Source: an uncultured bacterium (GTDB lineage Bacteria; Oederibacteriota; Oederibacteriia; Oederibacteriales; Oederibacteriaceae). From it: a stretch of 64,000 bases of DNA. How positions within the stretch are numbered: position 1 is the first letter of the stretch; each line of letters starts with the position of its first letter. Shown one piece after another: positions 37,428 through 45,931 of the stretch. Both the position numbers and the translations under genes were made by a program. The DNA is taken from assembly GCA_965112635.1 (NCBI GenBank), contig OZ218778.1, positions 1,845,807 through 1,909,806 on the forward strand, given 5' to 3'. The notes beneath the pieces were generated by a model. It did no database searches. It saw only the letters and a program-made list of their open reading frames with translations, and was not told the DNA's origin.

Positions 37428-37783
37428 TCGATCTCCAGGCTGAAAGTTCCCATGCCTGCCTGGACAGTGGTCCGGCTGGGGTAAGGTTCATGGACGAAAT
37501 TTTTATATACCTCGTTGAATTCAGAGAGGTTTTTAAAATCCGAAAGATATACATTTACCTTAACCACATTCTCCCAGGAAGTTTTGCTGGCCTCTAATAA
37601 AGAGCCCACATTGATCAAGGCTTGTTCTGCTTGGTCCTTGAAGGTCCCCTGTTTGGGTTCTCCAGTTACAGGGTCAACCGGAAGCTGGCCGGAAACAAAA
37701 ACGAGCGGTCCATCGACTTTCATGGCGGGTGAATAGGGGCCCTTGGGTTTGGCGCCCTTGTTTGAAAAGACGGCCTCACGCAT
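37400..37783 (-). CDS. RidA/YjgF/TdcF-family reactive-intermediate deaminase
   Basis: 127 aa. KPKGPYSPAMKVDGPLVFVSGQLPVDPVTGE...AEQALINVGSLLEASK..VVKVNVYLSDFKNLSEFNEVYKNFV..PSRTTVQAGM is the canonical RidA pattern. Confidence 0.85.
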   Translation of the reverse strand: MREAVFSNKGAKPKGPYSPAMKVDGPLVFVSGQLPVDPVTGEPKQGTFKDQAEQALINVGSLLEASKTSWENVVKVNVYLSDFKNLSEFNEVYKNFVHEPYPSRTTVQAGMGTFSLEIDCVALVPGQ

Positions 37784-37912
37784 GCTTTTTCCCTTTCCGT
37801 AACTTGATAATCGATCCCTAACTCTCTATACTTTAACAGAAAACTATTGTAATCTCATTTGCAGGCACGAACAATACCTGAAGAAAAACCATTGGTAAAA
37901 AAGAAGAAAACC

Positions 37913-39079
37913 ATGTTCCCAGGGAAACGACGAATCATCGCCTTGTTGGTGGTCTTTGGGGCCGTTGCGGGTTGGTCGGCAGTCCATGCTCAGACGAATA
38001 CTGCGACCAATACGGATACTGACACTGAGACGGCTACTGCAACCGCAACTCCCTCCGCTTCCGCGACAACCACCATGACTCTTACAGTCACCCCAACTCC
38101 CACGGCTTATTTATCCCTTATGAAGGTTGTGACGCCCAGCGGGGTTATCCTTCTTCCCGCGACTACCCAGACCCCAGTCACTTTTACCATCAGCTATTCC
38201 AATACGGGAGGCGAAGTTCTGACCAATGTGATGATTTGGGATACGCTTAATACCGGTTTGTGCTACCTGACCACCACGGCAGGGGCAGCCCTGACCGCCG
38301 ACAGCGTCATTTCTTGCACTTCAGGTTCTTTCCTGGTCTGGAACGCGCCATCTCCTCTAGTTCCCGGGAGCAGCGGCAATATTGTTTTTTCAGCCCTAAT
38401 TAATAATGTGCCCTATTACACCAATATAACTAATTTTGCGCTGGCCGGAGCCGACCAGCTAGCCAGCCCCGTGACCTCCACGACCACCAGTTCAATAATT
38501 ATTTATACCCTTCCTCAGGCGGGGAGCGCTCCTCCTACCTTTGTGTTGAATAATTTGTCCCTGCAGTTATCTTGGACCCCCGGCATAGCTGGAAGTTATC
38601 CTATAGCGGGATATCCTGTTTGGCGCAGCGCTGACGGTGGCTTTTCCTACTCGCAAATCACTTTGACCGGAAGCAGCATTACCAGTTGCACCGACCAACT
38701 TCCCGCAGTCCAAACGTTTATTTACCTCGTGAAGGTGATGGATACCCTGGGCAATGAAGTCGCTTATCCGCCTCTTGTCCTTAAACCTTTGCCGGTCAGC
38801 ATGGCACTGGACCACAACAGTTTTAATCCAGCCAAGGGCGGAACCTTGAACGTCAAATATCACCTCAGACAGCTCGGCAGTGTGTCCATCTACATCTATA
38901 ACCTCAGGGGAAATCTGGTCAGGAAATTGGTGGATGACACGGAGACTTTCGGGGAACATGTGGCCCAGTGGGACGGAAAGAACGGACAAGGAGATACAGT
39001 CAGCAGCGGGGTTTATTTGTTCCATTTAGAAGCCGCGGGAGGGGATGCCGTGAACCAGAGAGTGGCGGTCATCAAGTGA
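37913..39079 (+). CDS. Secreted cargo protein: short TxT stalk, DUF11-like and Fn3-like domains, FlgD-Ig/CTD-like C-terminus
   Basis: MFPGKRRIIALLVVFGAVAGWSAVHA signal peptide, then TNTATNTDTDTETATATATPSASATTT. C-terminus NSFNPAKGGTLNVKYHL..VSIYIYNLRGNLVRKLVD...AQWDGKNGQGDTVSSGVYLFHLEA. Its stop TGA 39077-39079 overlaps the ATG of the next gene. Confidence 0.7.
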   Translation: MFPGKRRIIALLVVFGAVAGWSAVHAQTNTATNTDTDTETATATATPSASATTTMTLTVTPTPTAYLSLMKVVTPSGVILLPATTQTPVTFTISYSNTGGEVLTNVMIWDTLNTGLCYLTTTAGAALTADSVISCTSGSFLVWNAPSPLVPGSSGNIVFSALINNVPYYTNITNFALAGADQLASPVTSTTTSSIIIYTLPQAGSAPPTFVLNNLSLQLSWTPGIAGSYPIAGYPVWRSADGGFSYSQITLTGSSITSCTDQLPAVQTFIYLVKVMDTLGNEVAYPPLVLKPLPVSMALDHNSFNPAKGGTLNVKYHLRQLGSVSIYIYNLRGNLVRKLVDDTETFGEHVAQWDGKNGQGDTVSSGVYLFHLEAAGGDAVNQRVAVIK

Positions 39080-40059
39080 TGGATAATTTCTTTCACCCAG
39101 GAAAATGCAGGAAGATCAATCCCGTGATCTTTGCTTGCTTATTTGTATTGTTCCCAACTTTTTTTATTGGGGTCTTTCCCAGCTTGAGCTGGGGCGGGGG
39201 AGCAGGAACAACTGGCGCTGATATTATGGCAGAGGAGTTGGGGGCCAGGCCCAGGGGCATGGGAGGCGCTTATGGGGCTGTGGCCAATGACGCCAATGCC
39301 GTAGATTATAATCCAGCGGGATTAACTCAGATCCTAAGGTCCAATGCTACCCTAACCCACTGGATCGAATTGGACGGCACGACCCTTGATTTCATTAGCT
39401 ATGTTTTGCCCCTGGGAGCCATGGGGACCGTGGCGGGCAGTGCGACCCTCCGTCAAGTCCCTTCCATCAGCAATACGACCGCTGAACCGTCAGTCAATGT
39501 GGACGATATTCTGGTGGGTCTATCCGGGGCAACAAAACTGGAGAATTGGTGGCCTGGTTTGTCGGGCGGAATGTCCTTAAAATTTGTCAGCTCCACCCTG
39601 GGAAACTATACGGCTTATACGGGAGCCCTTGACGCAGGGGTCCTCTTGGAGGACCTGCCCTACCATTCCAAGGCGGCTTTGGCCATGGAAAATTTAGGTA
39701 TGCCTATCAAATACATTGATGTGGCCGACCCCCTTCCGTTTTGCTTAAGGTTGGCCGGCTGCAGTCAGATCTTTGAAGATAGCGTCAAGGAGCTATTAGT
39801 AGCCGCTGATCTCGTTCAACCAATCAATGGCTACGCCAACTTGGACATCGGGGCTGAATTCATTTACCTCGGGTTCGTAGCTTTCAGGGGAGGTTATACC
39901 TTGGATTTTCAGGAAGGAACAAGGGGGCTCGTGGGCGGCCTTGGGATCAAGTATGTTTGGGATAAGACCGATTACAGACTGGATTATGCCTACAACCCTT
40001 TTTACTGGAAAAATAGTTACACGCCCACCCATCTGATCTCTCTGTCCGTATTCTTTTAA
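39079..40059 (+). CDS. FadL/TodX/PorV-family outer-membrane beta-barrel (cargo-adjacent paralog)
   Basis: Signal peptide, GARPRGMGGAYGAVANDANAVDYNPAGL N-motif, C-terminal beta-signal ...LISLSVFF. ATG 39079 shares its A with the upstream stop (TGATG). Confidence 0.65.
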   Translation: MDNFFHPGKCRKINPVIFACLFVLFPTFFIGVFPSLSWGGGAGTTGADIMAEELGARPRGMGGAYGAVANDANAVDYNPAGLTQILRSNATLTHWIELDGTTLDFISYVLPLGAMGTVAGSATLRQVPSISNTTAEPSVNVDDILVGLSGATKLENWWPGLSGGMSLKFVSSTLGNYTAYTGALDAGVLLEDLPYHSKAALAMENLGMPIKYIDVADPLPFCLRLAGCSQIFEDSVKELLVAADLVQPINGYANLDIGAEFIYLGFVAFRGGYTLDFQEGTRGLVGGLGIKYVWDKTDYRLDYAYNPFYWKNSYTPTHLISLSVFF

Positions 40060-40070
40060 GGCTTGCGGGA

Positions 40071-40820
40071 ATGAAAAATATATTTTGCAGAAGCTTATCA
40101 ATTATCCTGAGTCATTTGCTTCCCACGCATTGCCAGCAATGCCAGAAGATCCTGCGGGCCGCTCCAAACCCCTGTTTTTGTACGGAATGCTGGGGCAGTA
40201 TCAAGGTGGTCCGGAAACCGTTTTGCCAATACTGCGGGAAACCTTTCCCGTCTTCCCCTGGATTGGAGAAAAGCGGTCCCTCGCTGTGTTATTTCTGTAA
40301 GAAGAAAAAACCTTGTTTTGAAAAAGCAAGGGTAGCGGCGTTGTACGAGGGGGTCATGAAAAAAGCCATTCGTCTTTACAAGTTCGAGGATAAAGAAAGG
40401 CTGGCGCGCCCCCTCGCTGTTTTCCTTGAAAAAACCTGGAGGGACGAACCGGAGTTTGCGGGGTGCGAGGGGATCGTGCCCGTTCCTTTGTTTTGGAAAG
40501 TCCGAAAAGAGAGGGGATTTAACTCTGTCCTGCTTTTGGCCCAAGAGACAGGCAGGCTGTTGCGCTTGCCTGTCCTGGGTTACGGCTTGAAGAAAATCAA
40601 GCCCACCCTGCCGCAAAGGGGATTGAAAAGGAAACAGCGGTTGAAAAACATCCAGGGTGTCTTCGCGGCGGGCTCTGAATCCAATAAGATTGTCGGGAAA
40701 AAGATTTTGCTTGTGGACGACCTTTTTACAACTGGCGCCACCGCAGGCGAGTGCAGCATTGTCCTTAAACAAGCCGGAGCAAAACAGGTCTTTGTCTTGA
40801 CCTTGGCCCGGGGAGCCTGA
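40071..40820 (+). CDS. comFC: ComF/GntX-family phosphoribosyltransferase (competence protein ComFC)
   Basis: N-terminal zinc-ribbon Cys motifs CQQCQK..CFCTECW..CQYCGK; C-terminal PRTase motif KKILLVDDLFTTGATAGE. Confidence 0.8.
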   Translation: MKNIFCRSLSIILSHLLPTHCQQCQKILRAAPNPCFCTECWGSIKVVRKPFCQYCGKPFPSSPGLEKSGPSLCYFCKKKKPCFEKARVAALYEGVMKKAIRLYKFEDKERLARPLAVFLEKTWRDEPEFAGCEGIVPVPLFWKVRKERGFNSVLLLAQETGRLLRLPVLGYGLKKIKPTLPQRGLKRKQRLKNIQGVFAAGSESNKIVGKKILLVDDLFTTGATAGECSIVLKQAGAKQVFVLTLARGA

Positions 40821-40843
40821 GCCCAGAGAAAACAGGTTGGTTA

Positions 40844-40872
40844 TTGACAAGGAACAATGCATTGTTTAACAT
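40844..40872 (+). promoter_or_regulatory. Promoter candidate whose spacer is a perfect 14-bp palindrome AACAATGCATTGTT (putative operator)
   Basis: TTGACA at 40844-40849; palindrome at 40853-40866; TAACAT at 40867-40872; AAAGGAGG RBS and ATG at 40908. Confidence 0.4.
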
Positions 40873-40907
40873 TTGCTTCAAAACCAAACTTTAAAGGAGG
40901 GTTAAGC

Positions 40908-41453
40908 ATGAGGAAGATTGTTTTTGTTTTGGCGGTTGTTGTGGCCATGCTGTTCGCTTTAAAACCGGCACTGGCAAGAAAGAATGTGGCTGAGGAAGGC
41001 AGTGGCGGTATTGAGCAGATCGGCATTGGGTTGGATGCCATTCAGAATGCCAGTGGATCCGTTCCGGCTGCCGCTGTGCGGTTACAGATGGATAAGTTGA
41101 ATGTGGACGGCCTGCTGGGACTGCAGACCACCTCTAATCCCAGTGTGACCAATTTTGGGATTGGCGTGCAGGGCGGTTACCTGATCAAACAGACCACCAA
41201 CCTCAAAATAAGGGCCATGGGAAGATTCACCCTGGGCACCTACTCAGGGGGCGGCGTGAACGCCACGACGATCGGGCTAGGAGGGGGATTGAGCGCCGAG
41301 TTATTTTTATCCAATATCCCCGAACTTGGACTGGAAAGCAGCCTGTTGCTTGGATTGCTTTCCTCATCCGGGTCAGGCCAGTCCAGCACTACTTTTGGAA
41401 TTATGGGAAATGGGTTTACTCCGTTAACGCTGGCGATCCATTATTATTTCTAA
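40908..41453 (+). CDS. Small outer-membrane beta-barrel protein (OmpW/OmpA-like size)
   Basis: MRKIVFVLAVVVAMLFALKPALA signal peptide, alternating hydrophobic/Gly-rich strands, C-terminal aromatic beta-signal ...AIHYYF. Confidence 0.55.
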   Translation: MRKIVFVLAVVVAMLFALKPALARKNVAEEGSGGIEQIGIGLDAIQNASGSVPAAAVRLQMDKLNVDGLLGLQTTSNPSVTNFGIGVQGGYLIKQTTNLKIRAMGRFTLGTYSGGGVNATTIGLGGGLSAELFLSNIPELGLESSLLLGLLSSSGSGQSSTTFGIMGNGFTPLTLAIHYYF

Positions 41454-41486
41454 AAAATAGAACAGAAGTTTCTTAAAAAGGCCTTA

Positions 41487-42929
41487 TTGCTTGTTGGGAA
41501 TAAGGCCTTTTTCTTTGGCATAATATTGACTTTATCATTTGGCAAGCTACAATTTGCTCTAATGAATAACCCTTTGCGAAAAAACCCTTTAAAATCTATA
41601 AAAAATAGAAAAGCGGGAGCCGTTTTTTTATCGGTGCCAGTAGTCATTTTGCTGGTTTTGTCTGGTTTTTTGCCCGCATCCTCCGCTGTAAAAAAAGAGC
41701 CGGCCCGTGTTGTCCCTCAAGATAATTTGAACGGCAGTATCATCGGCATTCCCCTGAGCAAGGAAGTCAACGCCACCTATATCAATACCGGGCTTGTCCA
41801 TGGGGCAGAGCCGGGTATGCAATTCGGCGTCTACAGAAACGGTTCTTTGATCGCCGTATTAGAGATCACCATCGTGATGCAAAGGATGTCCGCGGTCAAA
41901 ATCGTACAGATGGAAAAAGGGGAATCGCTCCAAATCGGCGACCAAGTGGCCTTATTGCGCGGCGCTCCCGTCAGGCTTATCCCTAAGCGTAAGCCTGCAG
42001 AAGAAAGGCCCAAGCTTGCTCTGGGTCCGGAGAAACCGCCTGCTTACCTGCCTCAAGGACCGGCCAACGAACGGATCGCCCTACTGGAAAAACGGGTCGA
42101 TGAACTGGAAAAATTGCTGGCCAAGACTTACGCCATGATCCCCCAAGCCGGACCCCAGGAATTGGCAGTTCCGCCCTTGCCCGAGTTTCCGGTGGCCAAT
42201 GCGCCTTCCGCGACCACCCTCGCTTTGAATAATGCTCCTAAGGAAGAAGTCATTGAAGGCCCGCCTACAGCGGAATTAGAGAAGAAAACTGCTAAGCCAA
42301 AGGAAGAAGAGGTCGATCTTTGGAAGGCCGATACCCCTTATGATAAGATCCCGGAGACAGTACCCCAGACCCAGGAAGAAAAATCGCAGGATCTGGCAGA
42401 CACAGACAACGAATGGTCGTGGGGCACTCCTTATCAAAACAAGAAAGTCGGTCCCAAAGTCAGGCTTGACGTGGCCTTGCTGGATTCGGATGGGGATGAG
42501 TATCAGGGAGGGGCCAAGCTGACCGCCCGCTCCAATTTTGTGGACTGCAAAAATTGGGAACTCAAGATCGTGGACCAGGACGGGAAAGCGGTCAGGACCT
42601 ATTCAGGCAAAGACAAGCTTCCCACCGAAGTCGAATGGGACGGAAAAAACACCGCCTCGGAAAAGGTCAAGAACGGGCTTTACGCCTATGTGTTCAAGGC
42701 CGTAAGCATAGCAGGGGACCCAGCCGCTGCGGACGGTGAAATTCCCAGCCGGAACCCCACCCTGCTGGAAGAAAAGGACTGGAAAGCGGATACTCTGTAT
42801 GCTGATAATGCTCCGGGTACGAGTTCTGTTATCAAGGCGAAGCGCAAAGAAGACGTCGATTATCAAAGCCTTGTTTTGAATTCCGGTAAGATTTTATTTG
42901 CCATTGCCCTGCTTTTGTTGGTCCTGTAA
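41487..42929 (+). CDS. Membrane-anchored hypothetical protein with an internal FlgD-Ig-like domain and a C-terminal TM helix
   Basis: N-terminal hydrophobic segment, Pro/Glu/Lys-rich linker, NWELKIVDQDGKAVRTYSGKDKLPTEVEWDGKNTASEKVKNGLYAYVFKAV (same WDG..G.Y motif as the cargo CTDs), then GKILFAIALLLLVL at the extreme C-terminus. Alternative ATG start at 41562. Confidence 0.5.
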   Translation: MLVGNKAFFFGIILTLSFGKLQFALMNNPLRKNPLKSIKNRKAGAVFLSVPVVILLVLSGFLPASSAVKKEPARVVPQDNLNGSIIGIPLSKEVNATYINTGLVHGAEPGMQFGVYRNGSLIAVLEITIVMQRMSAVKIVQMEKGESLQIGDQVALLRGAPVRLIPKRKPAEERPKLALGPEKPPAYLPQGPANERIALLEKRVDELEKLLAKTYAMIPQAGPQELAVPPLPEFPVANAPSATTLALNNAPKEEVIEGPPTAELEKKTAKPKEEEVDLWKADTPYDKIPETVPQTQEEKSQDLADTDNEWSWGTPYQNKKVGPKVRLDVALLDSDGDEYQGGAKLTARSNFVDCKNWELKIVDQDGKAVRTYSGKDKLPTEVEWDGKNTASEKVKNGLYAYVFKAVSIAGDPAAADGEIPSRNPTLLEEKDWKADTLYADNAPGTSSVIKAKRKEDVDYQSLVLNSGKILFAIALLLLVL

Positions 42930-42935
42930 ACTTCC

Positions 42936-42957
42936 CCGCCCTAAAGGGCGGTGTTTT
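42936..42957 (+). terminator. Terminator-like hairpin (ccgccc-UAAA-gggcgg + tgttttc)
   Basis: Seen in sequence directly after the stop at 42929. Confidence 0.5.
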
Positions 42958-43013
42958 CATAAGGAGGAGATATCTTGTTTGTTCCTCCTCGCTACGCTCG
43001 GGCTGCCGTTTAT

Positions 43014-43040
43014 CCCCGGCCTAAAGGCCGGGGTTTTCTC
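43014..43040 (+). terminator. Second, stronger terminator-like hairpin (ccccggcc-UAAA-ggccgggg + ttttctc); near-duplicate of the first
   Basis: 8-bp GC stem, identical UAAA loop, U-rich tail. Confidence 0.55.
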
Positions 43041-43175
43041 GGCAGTAGTCATAAAACCGGCTTAAAATATTTCGTTGGTTTTGATGCAGAGGGCAAAAGC
43101 GTTTAGTGGCTAGTTCCAAGCAGGAGGCATTCTACGCAGTCGGAAACCGTCTGGGCGCGAGCTTGCAGGATCTCA

Positions 43176-45146
43176 TTGGGTTTAGTCTTATTATTATGCC
43201 CGCTTTTCTTTTGGCTTCAATGCGAAGACGCTTTTAACCTTCCCAAGCAGACCCTGTTGTATCTATTGCTGTTGCTCTCTTTGATCTTCTGGTGGACTAA
43301 ATCCGTGGAGTCTCGATTATTCTGGTATCCCCGGCATCTTGTACAGATCGTCCTGCTGGGCTGGCTGGCCTGCGGGATTTTGTCTGTTTTAGTGAACGGC
43401 TCCTCCGTCCTTGGCTGGGCCGCGTGGATCGAATGGCTGGCGCTCGTTGTTCTTTTTATTCTGGTCTTTGGCAGCATCGAGAACGACAGTCATCTCAATA
43501 TGTATTTTTCCCTGGCTTTAATTGCCTCAGGGTTGTATGGAGTTTATGGTTTTTTGCAATTTTTCGGAATAGACGTGATCCATTGGTCTTCCCTGGGCGC
43601 AGGCAGGATCTATTCGACCCTTGGGAATCCTGACCAATTAGCGGGCCAAATCGCTTTGGTTCTGCCCCTTGTCGCGATCTTTTTTGTTTTAGGCATCAAG
43701 CGTCTTTGGACCCTTCCCCTTTTTATGGTCCTGATTTGCGTCCTGTTCTTTACTCAATCCAAATCGGGACTTTTAGCCTCCTTTATCTCTTTCCTCCTCC
43801 TGGTCGTTGGAGTTCTGGTGTTCATGGGGCGGGCGGTTCTTCGGGAGCATCGGATCCAGGTGGTCACCTTGGTGGTAGTTTTTTTTGCCATAGCTTTTGC
43901 CAGCTTCATGGTTTCTCCTGGCAAAACTTCTCCCTCTTTGCCAACTTCCTTGTTCGATCTTAAACAAAGCTCTGCGTCGATCCGTATTTTTATCTGGAAA
44001 GGGGCGGTCCGGTTGATCGCAGAGTCCCCCCTTATAGGTCGTGGATTGGGGAGTTTTCAGGCGCTTAACCCCAGAGAGCAGGCGCAGGTCTGGCAGAGCG
44101 GAGGTTATGAAAGAACGGGGATCGATGTCCACGATGAGGCCTATGCGCATAATGATTATCTTCAGATGGCTGCTGAAGGGGGCCTGCTAACCCTGGTATT
44201 TTTCCTCGCATTTTTTATACTTATTTTCTCTAACGGGTTCAGCTATTTAAAAAAAGAAACCTTGCGCAACCGCCAGGGGGTCGTGTTGGCCTTAATGGCA
44301 GGATTGGCAGGGTTCCTTACTTTTGCGTTCTTTAATTTTCCGCTTAAGATGCCTTCTGTGGCGGCCACGGCGTTTGCTTGGGGCGCGATCTTGTGCCGTT
44401 ATGACGGTATTTTCGCTTCCGGCCGGGTCGTTGGCCTTGCCAAAGGAATTTTGGTCCATCCTTCCTTGAAAAAAGCGCTTGAGTCTTTGGGGGCCGTGGT
44501 ATTGCTTGCGCTGATGGTCTTTGTTTTCCAGGGATTTTTGGGCGGAGTTTTCTTTAAGTCGGGATTGCGGGCCATTGAAGCCCATAGGTCCCAAGATGCT
44601 TTGCCGTATTTGGATAGAGCCCTCAATTGTAATCCCTATAATATATCTTGCCTGTTCTATGACGCTTTAGCCTGGGAGGAGAGCGGTAACTGGCAGGAGG
44701 CCGTAAAACAATATAAGGCGACCTTGGCCCTTTATCCTTATTCCATGGGCGCTTGCTATAATCTAGCCAATCTGGAAAAAAGAGCAGGACGATATCAAGA
44801 AGCCGAGGAGTATTATTTAAGAGCCCTGGCTATCAAGCCGAACTATACCGACGCTTTGAACAATTTAGGGGCACTTTACTACCTTTGGGGGTCGAGCTTG
44901 AGGGACCCCTCCCTTAAATTGCAGGCCCAGCTTTATTACCAAAAAGCGGAGTTGCAATACGCCAAGGCCTTGCAGTACAGACCGGATTTTGTGGAAGCGC
45001 ATTTTAATTTGGGCGTTATTTACCTTGCGCTGGATGAAAAGGCGGGAGCAGAAAAAGAGTTGAAGCGTGTTCTGGAACTCGACCCGAATTATGACATGGC
45101 CAAGACCATTCTGAACAAGCTCAAGAAGAAGAAATCGAAGAAATAA
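43176..45146 (+). CDS. O-antigen-ligase (Wzy_C)-family polytopic membrane protein with C-terminal TPR repeats; candidate O-oligosaccharyltransferase
   Basis: More than 10 predicted TM helices. Wzy_C signature periplasmic loop (...DVHDEAYAHNDYLQMAAEGGLLTLVFFLAFF). C-terminal TPR repeats (AHRSQDALPYLDRALNCNPYN..., WQEAVKQYKATLALYPY..., YQEAEEYYLRALAIKPNY..., VEAHFNLGVIYL). Apparent TTG start. Confidence 0.65.
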   Translation: MGLVLLLCPLFFWLQCEDAFNLPKQTLLYLLLLLSLIFWWTKSVESRLFWYPRHLVQIVLLGWLACGILSVLVNGSSVLGWAAWIEWLALVVLFILVFGSIENDSHLNMYFSLALIASGLYGVYGFLQFFGIDVIHWSSLGAGRIYSTLGNPDQLAGQIALVLPLVAIFFVLGIKRLWTLPLFMVLICVLFFTQSKSGLLASFISFLLLVVGVLVFMGRAVLREHRIQVVTLVVVFFAIAFASFMVSPGKTSPSLPTSLFDLKQSSASIRIFIWKGAVRLIAESPLIGRGLGSFQALNPREQAQVWQSGGYERTGIDVHDEAYAHNDYLQMAAEGGLLTLVFFLAFFILIFSNGFSYLKKETLRNRQGVVLALMAGLAGFLTFAFFNFPLKMPSVAATAFAWGAILCRYDGIFASGRVVGLAKGILVHPSLKKALESLGAVVLLALMVFVFQGFLGGVFFKSGLRAIEAHRSQDALPYLDRALNCNPYNISCLFYDALAWEESGNWQEAVKQYKATLALYPYSMGACYNLANLEKRAGRYQEAEEYYLRALAIKPNYTDALNNLGALYYLWGSSLRDPSLKLQAQLYYQKAELQYAKALQYRPDFVEAHFNLGVIYLALDEKAGAEKELKRVLELDPNYDMAKTILNKLKKKKSKK

Positions 45147-45222
45147 TTTTTTTCCCTCCAGAACCGCGATTTTTCCTGCCATAATATGAAGTATCAGTTA
45201 ATCTACTATTGGAGTTGGGAAC

Positions 45223-45924
45223 ATGGCTAGATCTGCCGCAAAGACCAGGTGGGTCACGGATATTTTCACGGAGTGCGCTCCCTATTATGATGGCTTACAG
45301 CGGTATTTTACGCTAGGCCAGGACGAGCGTTTGCGCACCAAAGCAGCCAGGCTGCTGAAAAACCCAGAGGGAAACCTGTTGGAGATGTGCTGCGGCACGG
45401 GTGGTTTTACCCAGACCCTGCGCCGGCTTTATCCCGACCTTAGGATCACCGCGGTGGACCATTGCGAGGAAATGCTGCAGATAGCCCGTAAAAAAATGGC
45501 CGGTGAAAGAGGGGTGCATTTTACCGGCGGCAACGCGGAATCCCTTTCTTTTACCGACCATTCTTTTAATTTTGTGGCCATGGCCTTTGGGTTAAGGCAT
45601 GTTTCGGACAGCAGAACGGTCCTGGAAGAAGCCTTTCGCTTGCTCAAGAACGGCGGACAACTTGTCGTTCTGGATATCGTCAGCTCGGGATATAGGATGC
45701 CCTGCGACCTTTTTTACCATACTTACCACCATCTCTTTTACCCTTTCGCTTGTAAAAAAGTGTTAAGGGCAGACTGCTCTTACCAATATCTTTATGATTC
45801 CATTCTCCACTTTCCGTCCCCCAGGAAAATAAAGCGGTTGATGGAGGATGTTGGTTTTGACAATGTTCATTGGAAGCGCGCAGGCTTTGGGCTGGCTGTG
45901 ATCTGGACAGCCTGGAAAGGATAG
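45223..45924 (+). CDS. Class I SAM-dependent methyltransferase (UbiE/MenG-like)
   Basis: LLEMCCGTGGFT (motif I GxGxG), ITAVDHCEEML, VHFTGGNAESLSFTDHSFNFV. Confidence 0.65.
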   Translation: MARSAAKTRWVTDIFTECAPYYDGLQRYFTLGQDERLRTKAARLLKNPEGNLLEMCCGTGGFTQTLRRLYPDLRITAVDHCEEMLQIARKKMAGERGVHFTGGNAESLSFTDHSFNFVAMAFGLRHVSDSRTVLEEAFRLLKNGGQLVVLDIVSSGYRMPCDLFYHTYHHLFYPFACKKVLRADCSYQYLYDSILHFPSPRKIKRLMEDVGFDNVHWKRAGFGLAVIWTAWKG

Positions 45925-45931
45925 AAGGTAA

